A stretch of 64,000 nucleotides of DNA from an uncultured Phycisphaerales bacterium (GCA_963844715.1 CAWJPJ010000008.1:192001-256000); one strand, 5' to 3'; positions 1 to 10,509 are shown, numbered from the stretch's first letter. Numbers and translations are program-made. Notes: a model not told the origin generated them from the letters alone.

Positions 1-810
1 TCTACCGCTCCAACTCCGGCAAATTCGAATACACCTTCCTTTGCCCCCCGAATACTGTCACCATCCGCGCCTCCTACGACGGACAGGGCTATTTCGAAAC
101 CCCCGCCCGCTCCAGCCCGCGCCCCTATCCCATGACCCTCCAGGATTGGCCCGCCGGCGAAGATTTGCGATTGGTTTTCCGCGACGCCAACGGCAACGAA
201 ACCGGCCCCTTCGAATTCGCCCACCAGGATCGCCAGGCCATCGTCGTCTCGACTCTCAAATCCGAATTCATCGCCCGCGAGCAGTTCGCCGTCGATGGCT
301 TTTTCGTCCCCTTCACCCTCCCCTTCACGGATGACCCCAAGCAACAACTCGCCGACGCCCAGGCCGCCACCGACCCCGCCACTAGGCAGCAGCTTCTGAC
401 TACCTATCGAACCACGCTGCAAAATCAGCGCTATGTCACCAACCAACTCCGCGCCGTAGGTTGCGCGTTCGTCAATTCCGCCCCAACCGTCGCCTCCATC
501 CCCGACGGGCGAATCCCATTGGTAGATTGGGCCGCCGTGCGAGAAGTCCACATCGGCGACAAAACCGGACAGACCCAAACCGTCGTCCCCGTCAATATAG
601 ATTGGAATGGCTACCTGAAAGACGGCAATCAATACTTCAACGAAAACCCCGACCTCATCCGCGATCGCCACACCATCTGGAGCGCCCTGCTTCCCCCCGA
701 CGCCACCGACGTCTACGCCACCTTCATCTTCCGCGACGGCTCCTCCAGCGACGAAATGCGCGTACCGCGTAGACACCACCCGCCTCCGCCCGCTGCCCCA
801 GCCGCAATAG
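1..810 (+). CDS. Hypothetical protein, 5'-truncated by the window edge
   Basis: Frame open from position 3 through ORF 132..; one frameshift near 768 gives the C-terminus VPVDTTRLRPLPQPQ* with TAG at 808-810, abutting the convergent PilZ gene. Confidence 0.6.
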
Positions 811-812
811 CT

Positions 813-1232
813 CTAATGCTGGTCGTCCGCCCCAGCCGAGAATTCCTCCTGATCTTGAAGGAAGTGCAGCGCCCCTTCATACCACCCTGGCGCCGCCTGC
901 CGGCAGCGCAGCATCGTGCAGTGGATCGTGAGAATGCGATTGTCCGGCATCGGAATCTCGACGATTCCGCCATACCCCAGCGGCAGCCGATGCCGCGTCA
1001 AAAATCCCAGCCCGCGCCGGCTTACATTGCTCGTAAACAGGCACTTCTCCGCCGAACCCGGTTCGTCGGCATATAGCCGCAAAGCCGCCTTCACCCGATA
1101 CGGCCGGCGCGGCGACTCGCGCCGCTCCTCCGCCCATTGCCCCGCCGCCAGCGCCCCCATGATCAGCGCCACCTCCGGCGGCCAGGTCGGGTCAATTTCC
1201 AACGAATTCTCAGTTTTGCTCTCTGTCGTCAT
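813..1232 (-). CDS. PilZ-domain protein (c-di-GMP binding candidate)
   Basis: ERRESPRR (RxxxR) and NVSRRG ([D/N]xSxxG) motifs followed by beta-rich C-terminus; ATG at 1232. Confidence 0.75.
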   Translation of the reverse strand: MTTESKTENSLEIDPTWPPEVALIMGALAAGQWAEERRESPRRPYRVKAALRLYADEPGSAEKCLFTSNVSRRGLGFLTRHRLPLGYGGIVEIPMPDNRILTIHCTMLRCRQAAPGWYEGALHFLQDQEEFSAGADDQH

Positions 1233-1454
1233 AATCCAATTCCTCTTCTCCAGAGTTTCCCGGTCGCCGCGCAATGCCGGCTGCGTCACCCGAACCGTAC
1301 AATACGCACACCCCCAAAGAAAAATGAAACTCCAAAAAAGGTGTGCACCTGTCCAATAATCGGCAATAATCGGGGCAAAATGAGATAGATTCCCCTGTTA
1401 CATCGTTTATGATTTCCCGGTCATATTCACCGCGGACCAATCGAGGGCGTCTAA

Positions 1455-3544
1455 ATGTCGTCTACTTCATCTACGGCGGTAGTTCCCGCGGCGGGCCGCC
1501 CCGTCTGGCCGGTAATAACCATCACGGCCGCCGAAATCACCCTCGGCCGCGCCAGCACCTGTTCGGTTCCCCTTCTCCACGCCTCCATCTCCCGCGTCCA
1601 CGCCAAGCTCATCCGCAACGGAACGCAAGTTGAAATCGAGGACCAGGACAGCCGCTTCGGCACCTTCGTCAACGGCACACGCATCAAACGCACCCTCCTC
1701 AAAAACGGCGACAGCGTCCGCATCGGCTCCAGCCCACCCTATCGATTCACCGGCGACACCCTTGAATGCGTCCTCGACGGCAGCGGCATCGCCATGCATC
1801 TCAAAAACGTCGCCGTCGAACGCGAGGGGCGCCGCCTCATCGGCGGCATCAACATCGAACTCGCCCCCGATTCCTTCGTCGGCGTCCTCGGCCCCAGCGG
1901 AGCCGGAAAATCCGTCCTCCTCAGCGTCCTCAACAGCACCGTCGCGCCAACCTCCGGCACCATCGAATTCGACGACGGCGTCCCCCTCAAGGAAAACCTC
2001 TCCTATTTCCGCTCCAAGCTCGGCATCGTCACCCAGGACGATCTCGTCTACACCGATCTCACCGTCGAGGAAAATCTCCAGATGGCGGCCATGGTCCGCA
2101 TGCCCGACGTCACCCCCGATTCCCTGAGCCGCCGCGTCAACACGGCGCTGGAATCCGTCGGCCTCCTCGAACATCGCATGAAGCGCGTAGGCGTTCTCTC
2201 CGGCGGGCAGCGCAAACGCGTCAGCGTCGCCGTCGAAATGCTCATGCAGCCCCGCCTACTTCTTTTAGACGAGCCCACCAGCGGCCTCGACCCTGGCATG
2301 CAGGCCCGACTCATGGAAACCGCCCGGGGCCTCTCCCGCCGCGGCGTCACCGTCGTCTGCACCACCCATACCCTCGATACCATCAACTATTTCGATCAGC
2401 TCATCGTCCTGGGTCTGACCGAGCATGTCGCCTCCGTCGTCTACCAGGGCCCGCCACAGCAGCTCCTGGCCACCTTCGGCGTAGGCTCCCTCCCCGATCT
2501 CTTCGATAAACTCCAGGAACTCGCCGGCGAGAAAAAAGCCGAAGGACCCGCCGCCGCGCCTGCGCCGGCGCCCGCCGCAAGCGGGGAATCCGAAGCCCAC
2601 CCAGAAACCTCCTCGCGCCGCGCGTGCGGCAGCTTCCTCCGCCGCCCCCCGAGCCCGGCGCAAAACGGATCTGGCAGCAAGCCAAAGTCGTCTGGCGGCG
2701 AACCTCCCTCAGTCTCGTTCGCGATCGCACCGCGATGGTCCTGGTCATCGCCCAGCCCCCGGCTCTGGCCGTCCTGATCATGCTCGCCCAGAGCAATCAG
2801 CCGATGTCCATCGCGCTGCTCTTCTTCACAATATTGGTCAGCGTCTGGCTGGGCCTGCAGCTGACCGTCCGCGAAGTCGTCAAGGAAAGAAAGCTCTACA
2901 TCCGAGACCGCCTGGCCGGGCTGCACCCGGACGGCTACTTGCTGGGAAAGCTCCTCTTCGCCGTCACCATCACCGCGGGGCAGACTTTTCTGCTCTGGAT
3001 CGTCGTCCGCTTCATGGCCCCCAGCATCGTCAACCAAACCGCCGCCGACGCCCTGCACAACACGTCGGTCATCATGGGATTCATCGTCCTGCTCCTGACC
3101 GGCGTAGGCGCCGGCATCCTCGGCCTGATCGTCTCGACGTGGTGCTCCACCGAGCGAGCCGCCGTGACGTTCATGATCTTCGTGCTGCTGCCGCAGGTGC
3201 TGCTGAGCCGAGTCATCTACGGCGAGCCCTACCGCCAGGTCACTTGGGATCAGGCGTCCCCCTACATGCCTTTCCTGCATCTGGTTAAGGGCGATTCCGT
3301 GACGGCGGACGACAATGATTCGAAGAAGGGAACGAAGCTGACGGTAGCCACCCTGTCGCTGCCGATGCTAACCCGCCCCGGCACGGCTTGTCTGGATATG
3401 CTTTCCTTCGTCCACACGGACGCCCTCAGTGCTAACTACGAAGTCGCCGAGTTCTTCTATCTATTGCTGATCCTCGCCGGCTATGGCGCGGGGGCGTATT
3501 ACCTGTTTCGGTGGAAGGAAAAGACTTGGAACGACATCCGCTGA
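1455..3544 (+). CDS. FHA domain + ABC ATPase + ABC-2 permease fusion (Rv1747-like exporter); frameshift near 2620
   Basis: FHA (LGR..SRVHA..DQDSRFGTFVNG), Walker A GPSGAGKS, LSGGQ, LLLLDEPT; permease continues in ORF 2624..3544. Confidence 0.88.
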
Positions 3545-3565
3545 CGCGGGTGGATCAGTGGTTGC

Positions 3566-4105
3566 GTGAGCAAGAAAACCTCCGAAACCTCTCTCATCCC
3601 ACACGAAAGAATCGAGCGATCGATTCTGGTCATCCGCGGGCAAAAGGTGATGCTCGACGCCGATCTTGCCACGCTTTACGGCGTAGCGACCGGAGCATTG
3701 AACCGGGCGATGAAGCGAAATATTGACCGGTTTCCGCCTGACTTCGCCTTTCGACTGACGCCGCTCGAATTTGAAAGATTAAAGTTCCAGTTTCCAGCCT
3801 CGGACGGTCGGGGTGGCCGGCGAACGCTTCCCTATGCCTTTACCGAATACGGCGTGGCCATGCTGTCGAGCGTTCTTAACAGCAAGCGGGCGATCCACGT
3901 CAATATTGAAATCGTGAGGGTTTTCGGGCGCCTTCGTAGACTGCTCTCAAGCCATGCCGATCTTCTCCGGCGACTGGACGAAATCGAAAAAAAATACGAC
4001 AAGCAATTCCAGATTGTCTTTGAGGCGATTCGCCAGCTGATGACTCCTCCGCCGGAACCGGAAAAAGGCCGCGTGGGGTATGAATCGGAGGAAGCGGGGC
4101 GCTGA
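3566..4105 (+). CDS. ORF6N domain DNA-binding protein
   Basis: IRGQKVMLDADLATLYGV..LNRAMKRNIDRFPPDF..GGRRTLPYAFTEYGVAMLSSVLNS is the typical ORF6N pattern. Confidence 0.92.
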   Translation: MSKKTSETSLIPHERIERSILVIRGQKVMLDADLATLYGVATGALNRAMKRNIDRFPPDFAFRLTPLEFERLKFQFPASDGRGGRRTLPYAFTEYGVAMLSSVLNSKRAIHVNIEIVRVFGRLRRLLSSHADLLRRLDEIEKKYDKQFQIVFEAIRQLMTPPPEPEKGRVGYESEEAGR

Positions 4106-4116
4106 TGCGTGCGGTC

Positions 4117-4143
4117 TTTGAAATGCCAAATTGGCATCTCAAA
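4117..4143. repeat. 27-bp near-perfect palindrome just downstream of ORF6N
   Basis: TTTGAAATGCCAA-A-TTGGCATCTCAAA; 12 of 13 arm positions pair. Confidence 0.9.
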
Positions 4144-4816
4144 TCGCCACTTCCCGAGGGAATACCCATCAATATCGCCGGGCCGCGCAAGAAAAGTTGA
4201 GTCTTATCCTTGTCGCCATTGATGCTCGCCGGCTACGGCGCGGGGGCGTATTACCTGTTTCGGTGGAAGGAGAAGACTTGGAATGATATTAGGTGATCTC
4301 CAAACATCCTGTTTGGAGGCCTCAGACGAAGAACCCTTCGGCCTTGCTCAGGGTAGACAGGGCGGGAGAAATAAATCATTTTCGAAAAAAGGGTGGGGGC
4401 AGGCCGCCGCGGCGACCTGGAACAGGTGAGCAGTGGAGCAGGTGAGCAGTCGAGAAGAGCAATAAAAAAATAAAATCTGGGAAAAAGGGCGGGGTAATTA
4501 TTTTCCTGGGATTTTCGATTCGAACTGAAATTGGGCGATTTTTTTTGGGGAAGTTGTTTGGAGGGCTGGAGTTGCGGTGTTTGATGAATGTTAAAAAGAC
4601 GTGAGTTGCCAGTTGGCCACCACGGCGGCTCTGCGACGAGTTGGCAGTTGCCAGTTGGTCGCGGGGGAAGAGGGGCCATTTGGCGGCTGAAAAGGGCCGT
4701 GGGCGAACGAAAAAAAGAAAATGCATATGTTGGTAGCAAGAAGATTTAATTTTTTGGCGTGCACGCAAGAGGCTGGGGGGCAATGTGTTGTGAGTGGGAG
4801 CGGAAAATTCGGAAGT

Positions 4817-4866
4817 ATGCATTTAATTGAATAAGAGTTAAAGATGCATTTAATTGAATAAGAGTT
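4817..4866. repeat. AT-rich 23-bp perfect direct repeat, two copies, period 27
   Basis: ATGCATTTAATTGAATAAGAGTT at 4817-4839 and 4844-4866. Confidence 0.95.
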
Positions 4867-5124
4867 GTCGGCGCATTTTTGAATGCGGTTTTTGGAGATT
4901 GAGTTTGGAATAAATAGTTGCCTCTTCGACGTCGCTCAGATCAGGCAGTTGTGGGTTGCCAGTTGCGAGCGAGGGGCGGACGCCGCGGCGCGGGGATGGA
5001 TTGATCGAGCCGTTGGGCGGCAACTTTTCATTGCCGAATCGGAAGCGGGGAACTAGCTGGGTCTCCGGGTCGGTTTCTTTCCTGCGTCGTTTTGGCGGTC
5101 GAATTGTAGTCGCCATTCTTGCCC

Positions 5125-5682
5125 TCAACGGGGCGGGGATGTGGTTGCATAGAACGGCTGAAGCCAATCCGGGTTGATGTCGAGGATTACCCGTCTAGTT
5201 GCCACTTGCACCTCACCTGCTACCCATCCCTTTCCGTGGGTGGTTGGCGAGGGTTGTTGGTAGATGTAGCGGAAGTATTCGAAGGCGTCTTTAGAATCTT
5301 CCAATACGGTTTCAAACTCCATATCGCGTTGTTTTGAATACGCCTTGCCGAGGTCGCTGTTACGCCACTCCTGATAGTATTTTTTGATCTGTGATTGGCG
5401 TAGTGCATCCAGAGATTTAAAGAGTTGCTTGGTGTCGTGGGTAAATGGAGGCGTTTTCTTTTTGTCTATTACGTAAAGAGACTTGAGATAAAGTTCAAAT
5501 GCGAACGCCTCAACCGATATTGTTGGCACCGTGTGAAGCGGCAATATTTCGGGAGGCCAATTGATTTGTCTGAGTCCGTCATCTCTGGGAAGTAACGCGG
5601 CATTCCACTGCGGAGCAAGCAGGGTGGCAGACTTCTTAAATTCTTCCGCCAATAAAAAGATCGGTTTGGGATCGGGAGTCAT
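5125..5682 (-). CDS. HEPN-like domain protein (low GC)
   Basis: AFAFELYLK..THD..FEYFRY pattern typical of small HEPN proteins; AT-rich codon usage. Confidence 0.65.
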   Translation of the reverse strand: MTPDPKPIFLLAEEFKKSATLLAPQWNAALLPRDDGLRQINWPPEILPLHTVPTISVEAFAFELYLKSLYVIDKKKTPPFTHDTKQLFKSLDALRQSQIKKYYQEWRNSDLGKAYSKQRDMEFETVLEDSKDAFEYFRYIYQQPSPTTHGKGWVAGEVQVATRRVILDINPDWLQPFYATTSPPR

Positions 5683-5748
5683 TGAAGTATTCTTGGGAAG
5701 TGATTTCGTGCCCGTCGTAGTGAGCGGCTCAGCAAATTCGCCGCGGGA

Positions 5749-6249
5749 TCAACAAGGTTTTTGTTTTCTCCTCTTTACGGCAGCAACCATGAACGGATTC
5801 ATATCGGGTGAAGGTAACGGAAGTTGTCGGGGTGCCGGTTCCTTTCCACGGACTAAATGGAGTTTCTTATCCACAATCCATTTTAGAGCGAGGAGTTTCC
5901 CGTAGACAGTATTAAGAGATGAGAGCGCGGTTCCGTTATCAAAATCCTCCTTCGTATAGTTCTCAAAGGCGTGACCAAGAAGCCAGTTTGTGTGAATGAC
6001 GTCTCTGTAAGCATGCGCTAGTCGCCGGAGGAATTCAGGTCGCCTATCAAATGTATAGCCATGGAGTCTCGCGTTCTCTAGAAAATCCTCGTTCAATCTT
6101 TTCAGTGAATATCCAGAGCTGAGCACATTCGGGATAAGTTCTTCTTCGACTATCGCTGAAAGATATTTCAGTTCTTCCGAAAGCGCGATTCGCCATGCTT
6201 TGCGAAGCCTGGAGTATTGCCGCCATTTCAAAAAGCATGACCCAGCCAA
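5749..6249 (-). CDS. Hypothetical low-GC protein (start uncertain)
   Basis: 166-aa ORF in AT-rich islet; no recognised motif. Confidence 0.5.
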   Translation of the reverse strand: MAGSCFLKWRQYSRLRKAWRIALSEELKYLSAIVEEELIPNVLSSGYSLKRLNEDFLENARLHGYTFDRRPEFLRRLAHAYRDVIHTNWLLGHAFENYTKEDFDNGTALSSLNTVYGKLLALKWIVDKKLHLVRGKEPAPRQLPLPSPDMNPFMVAAVKRRKQKPC

Positions 6250-6569
6250 AGAGGCGACCCCGCCGATTGCCGCAGATATTCCAGAAGAAGTTAGCGGATG
6301 CTCGGCATGCTATCTCGTAAAGTCATTGAAGATTTGGGAGAATTCTGACATGTGATTTCCTCGCAGAAGGCGTCAGACGCCTGAGCAGATCGGATAAAAG
6401 GACGAGTAAAAGGGGACACTCATCAAACCAAAACCGGGCCACCTCGCTAGCCCCCCCGCAAAGAAAGTTGCGGCGGAAAAGAGAGATAGATGAGAGGCAC
6501 AAGTTCTCGATATCCGATTCGGTGCCATGCCAGGAAGGGTCAAGGGCGGAATTCGTTTCGCCTTCAGGC

Positions 6570-7778
6570 CTACGGCCCCGATTGGAAGGTCCCTGCGTCA
6601 AATGGTGCCGGGTCCGCTTTGTTGAAACTGGCGAGCTTGCCATCCCGAATCACACCACTAAAGTGTATGGTCGCTGCCGGATTTCCTAAACTATCGCGTC
6701 CGACCAACTGGTCCCATTCGTAACATGTCGCGGATTCATCGGCACCAGTAATTCGGCCAGCTCTTCCAATTGACGTATTGCATTCGTCCAGCGTCATTCC
6801 AATGGCCAAAGTATGTTGTGCCATGGCCGCCTTAATTGGTTCGTCGGCTGCGGCTTTGGCTGCGGCAGCTTGAGCTTCCGACGCCCGCTCGCTGGCCACA
6901 GCCGCTCTTCTCGCCGCCGCCACATCTGCTTGTGCCTTCTCCAATCGATCTTCCGCCGCCTTGAGCTCGGCACCGGCCTCCGCTACGGATTTCGTCGCAT
7001 CGATGACCGATTGATCCGACGCTATGAGCCGATCAAGGCGGCTCTTGGCGTTTACCTTGTCAGCCGCTGCCTGCGCGCGCCCATCTGGGTTATCGGCGGC
7101 GTCGATTTCATTTTGTGCATTCGCAATCGCGGCTTCGGCGTCCTGGTACTCTTGTGTTTGCGAAAGCCTTTGGATTGCGGCGGCACGAGCGCCGTCAAGA
7201 ACCTGCTGCGCCGATGCCGCCTTCGCCCGAAGTCTCTCTGCCTCATCCGCCAATGACTGAGTGTCGTTATTCTGCTCAAGACCCTTTTCGAGGGATTCCG
7301 CAATAAGGCAAACTTGGAAGGGAATCACAATTTGAGTTCCCTCGCTGGCCGTGATGCTCCATACCGTGCTGTCAGTCGCGGTCAGCGACGCCTCTCTTTT
7401 GGCGACTTTGGCCAGCGCCGCCAACTCGGTCTCGCGGGAATGTATTCCAGCCAGCACGTAAATCTTTCCCGATGTAATGAAGCGAATTTGGACTGGGCTT
7501 GAGACGTTTGAAACGACGAGCGTGTAGCTCTTTCCAATCCATGCGTCGGGGAAATCATCCAACGTGTTGTCGTTATTGGTATGACTCTTTACTCCCTTTG
7601 CGAGTACGCCAATCGAGTAGCCCATATCCTCGGAGAATTGCAGCTTCGCCAGGACATTGGCGCCAAGGTCCGACTGGGCGTTACTTTCGGCCGCTGGCTG
7701 CGTGCCCGCCCCGTCGCCAAACGCTGCTGCCGCTAGGGCTAATGTCGCCACGATCAATATCGTTATTGCGATTCTCAT
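6570..7778 (-). CDS. Secreted protein with Ala-rich coiled coil and SmpA/OmlA-like C-terminus
   Basis: Signal peptide MRIAITILIVATLALAAAAFG; central heptad-like A/E/Q region; LAIGMTLDECNTSIG motif. Confidence 0.65.
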   Translation of the reverse strand: MRIAITILIVATLALAAAAFGDGAGTQPAAESNAQSDLGANVLAKLQFSEDMGYSIGVLAKGVKSHTNNDNTLDDFPDAWIGKSYTLVVSNVSSPVQIRFITSGKIYVLAGIHSRETELAALAKVAKREASLTATDSTVWSITASEGTQIVIPFQVCLIAESLEKGLEQNNDTQSLADEAERLRAKAASAQQVLDGARAAAIQRLSQTQEYQDAEAAIANAQNEIDAADNPDGRAQAAADKVNAKSRLDRLIASDQSVIDATKSVAEAGAELKAAEDRLEKAQADVAAARRAAVASERASEAQAAAAKAAADEPIKAAMAQHTLAIGMTLDECNTSIGRAGRITGADESATCYEWDQLVGRDSLGNPAATIHFSGVIRDGKLASFNKADPAPFDAGTFQSGP

Positions 7779-8000
7779 CGCGGTGCCTCAGCCATGATGT
7801 GTTCGTACGATGATACCACAGTGAATATCGGTCAGGCGAGATTTTTAAACTTCCGCAGTCTTGCGATGTCGGTGCACCGCCGACTCTTATCCGTGGCCCA
7901 AAATCTATTCAATGCAAAACATACATTCCCCAAAGTCACATCCACAACCAAAGTGTTACCTTTTGCCCAAAATCGTAACGCACTCGCAAAAAAATGTTCG

Positions 8001-9137
8001 CTACGTCGCGGCCGAATCCCGCGATGGCGAGCCGAGAAAATGCTCCCATTCCCGCGGACGAGCGGCCCAGTCGTAATTCTCGCGGGCAAATTGCCGCTGG
8101 CGGCGAAGGAATGCCTCCGCTTCGCTCGGCTCAGCAGTCATTCGAACGAGTTGCGCGACAACTGCCTCGACGAACAGCCGTCGGTACTCTGGCAGGACCA
8201 AACCCGGCGGGATCAGTGTTGCGAATCCGGCTGTTGTTTCCGGCAAGCCGCCGCCGGCGGTGGTGACGATGAAACATCCGGCGGCCATGGCTTCCATGGC
8301 GGCGATGCAGCTGGTCTCTTCGGTCGTGTTTGGATACGCCAGCACCGATGCGCGGCGGAGGCGGTGGGCGAGTTCCGCTTGCGGGACTACGCCGACGTAT
8401 TCTACGCCTTCCGTTCCGCGGCACTGATCGTAAAGCTGTCCGAAATTGCGCTGGTCTTCTTCGGGCTTAGCCGCGTAGAGGCGCATGCTGGAGAAGATCT
8501 CCAGCCGCGTCCCTGGCGCGCGGCGCGAATGTCTGGAAAAGCCTGGAGGAGGATATTCAGGCCCCGATTGGGGGCGCTGGAATAAACCAGAATCGGCGGC
8601 TTTTCCTTGGCCGGGAGAATGGGTTCGTCCTGTGAGAACAGCCGATGAAACTCCGGCCCGGCGGCGTTGCGTAATATGTGGGACCGCGCGGGATCGATGC
8701 CGAAAACCTTTTGGAACTGCTCGGCCTGCCATTGGCTTACGAAGGCGAAGTCGTCGTAGGCATCGCGCTCGGCGGAATCGCGTAAGGCCGCGAATGACGG
8801 CTGATCATCGGGCGTGTGGGCCCAGAGAACCAATCGTTGCTTTTCGTTTTGAATGGATCGAATCCGCCGGCCCTCGCCGGTGCTGGAGATGAGGACGATC
8901 ACATCCAGCGAGAGGGGCGCGAAGTTGTTCGAGCGAGCATTGCGAACTGGCGAGGTGTTCGACGCCGTCGATGGTTCCGGCCGCGGTTGTGCCGCGATAG
9001 AGGATGATCTGGTGGCCGAGTTCGGCGAGTCCGCGGGCGACGTGCGAGACGGCGGTTTGGGTTCCGCCTAGCGGCGCTTCATCGACGGTGCGTACCGTGT
9101 ATTCTCTTTCGGGGGAATCGAGGAAGGCGATTTTCAT
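8001..9137 (-). CDS. Glycosyltransferase family 4 (GT-B); frameshifted in assembly
   Basis: PLGGTQTAV..LAELGH; LVYSSAPNRGL; EETSCIAAMEAMAAG (EX7E); pieces 8805-9137, 8402-8902, 8001-8500. Confidence 0.85.
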
Positions 9138-10509
9138 GGGTGAACCCATTCTTTTAGCGCGGCAGCCATGCTTTGAATCGTATCACTCCAGTCGTTGACC
9201 GGTGCGTTGCGGAAAATTCGCATGCTGGGATACCAGGGCGAATCCTGGCGATCCATGAGCCAGCGCCAATCGCCGGGATAATGGGAGAGGAGCCAGACGC
9301 GCTTGCCCATCGCTCCGGCCAAGTGGCACGTCGAGGTGCAGACGGAAATAACCAGATCGAGATTATCCACGAGCGCGGCGGTGTCCGCCCAATCGTTTAG
9401 TTCTTCGGTCCAATCGATGATTTCCATTCCCGGCGGCGGGCGGCGGGTTTCGGCGGCGGGGGGGCCTTTTTGCAAACTAAAAAATCGAATGCCCGGCACG
9501 GACGCCAGCGGCGGCGAGTTGCTGAAGCGCGACCTTTCGCCACGGATTATTGAAGTGGGAGGGATCGCCGGACCAGACGAGGCCGACGTGGAATTTTTTA
9601 TCGGCCGCCTCGACGGCGCGGCACGCGCCGCCGCCAGCGGAGGCTCAGGTCGGCGTCGGCATGGACGTACGGGACGTTCGCGGGAATCGTTTCGAGGGTT
9701 GTGCCGAATGCGCGGGGGAGACTGAGCAGCGGGCAGTGCATATCAAATTGCGGCCAAGGCTGATTGACGGGCACAACCTGGGTTACGCCGGGGACGGTTC
9801 GGAAGAGGCGGTACATTTCCGGGTGGCAGAGCAAGAGGACGGTCGCGCCGCGCTGCTTGAGGAGGGGGGCGTAGCGCACGAAGTGGAGGGCGTCGCCGTA
9901 TCCTCCTTCACCGTAGATCAGGATGCGTTTTCCGGCGGGATCGCTGCCATCCCAGAGCGTTTTTGAAAACGCGGGCTGGGGAAAGAGGGGCTTGAGTTGT
10001 TTCCATCGCCATTCGTACTGGCGCCATCCTTCGAGCAGATCGCCGCTTTGCATGAGCGTGAGGCCGAGTTCGGTATGAACGACGATGGCGTTCGGGAGAA
10101 TTTCCGCCGCGAGGCGCAGGGCGTCGGCGGCGTCTTCGAGCGCGCCGAGGCGCCGCAATTGCCGGCCCAGATTGAACGCGGCATCGGCGTGGCGCGGCTG
10201 GATCAGGAGCGCCTGACCGAGCGCGGCGACGGCGTTCTGGACTTGTCCGGCGTTGGCGAGGGCGACGCCGAGGTTGTAATGATATTCCACGCGGCTGGCG
10301 TCAAGCTCCATGGCCGCGCGCATGATTTGGATCGCCTCATCCGTGCGCCCGGCGTGAAAGACCGCCAGGCCGAGGAGATGGGCGGCGTCGGCATTATTGG
10401 GCTGTAGCGCCAAGACCTGACGGTAAAGGGTGATGGCTTCCTCGAAACGGCCGGCGCGGTGATGCTCGTGCGCCTGGCGGAGAATGTCCGTTGGGCTCGT
10501 GGCGGTCAT
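9134..10509 (-). CDS. TPR repeat + GT9-like glycosyltransferase (operon gene 5)
   Basis: TPRs, YEWRW, EGGYGDALHFVRY, LDLVISVCTSTCHLAGAMG, DWRW..SPWYPSMRIFR; frameshifts near 9530-9600. Confidence 0.85.

Larger units (their letters stand above)
3467..4296 (+). repeat. 78-bp direct repeat (3467-3544 and 4219-4296) of the last 26 codons of the ABC gene, flanking ORF6N
   Basis: Manual alignment: 69/78 identical, no gaps; LILAGYGAGAYYLFRWKEKTWNDIR* vs LMLAGYGAGAYYLFRWKEKTWNDIR*. Confidence 0.95.

Noticed and set aside
3467..4296. Diversity-generating retroelement TR/VR pair
   Set aside because: Differences are not adenine-specific, are almost all synonymous, and no reverse transcriptase is present
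4251..4822. ORFs 4251-4739 and 4376-4822
   Set aside because: Low-complexity translations of repeat-rich non-coding DNA
5867..5875. DnaA box TTATCCACA (also 63197-63205)
   Set aside because: Isolated single matches, one inside a coding region; not a cluster
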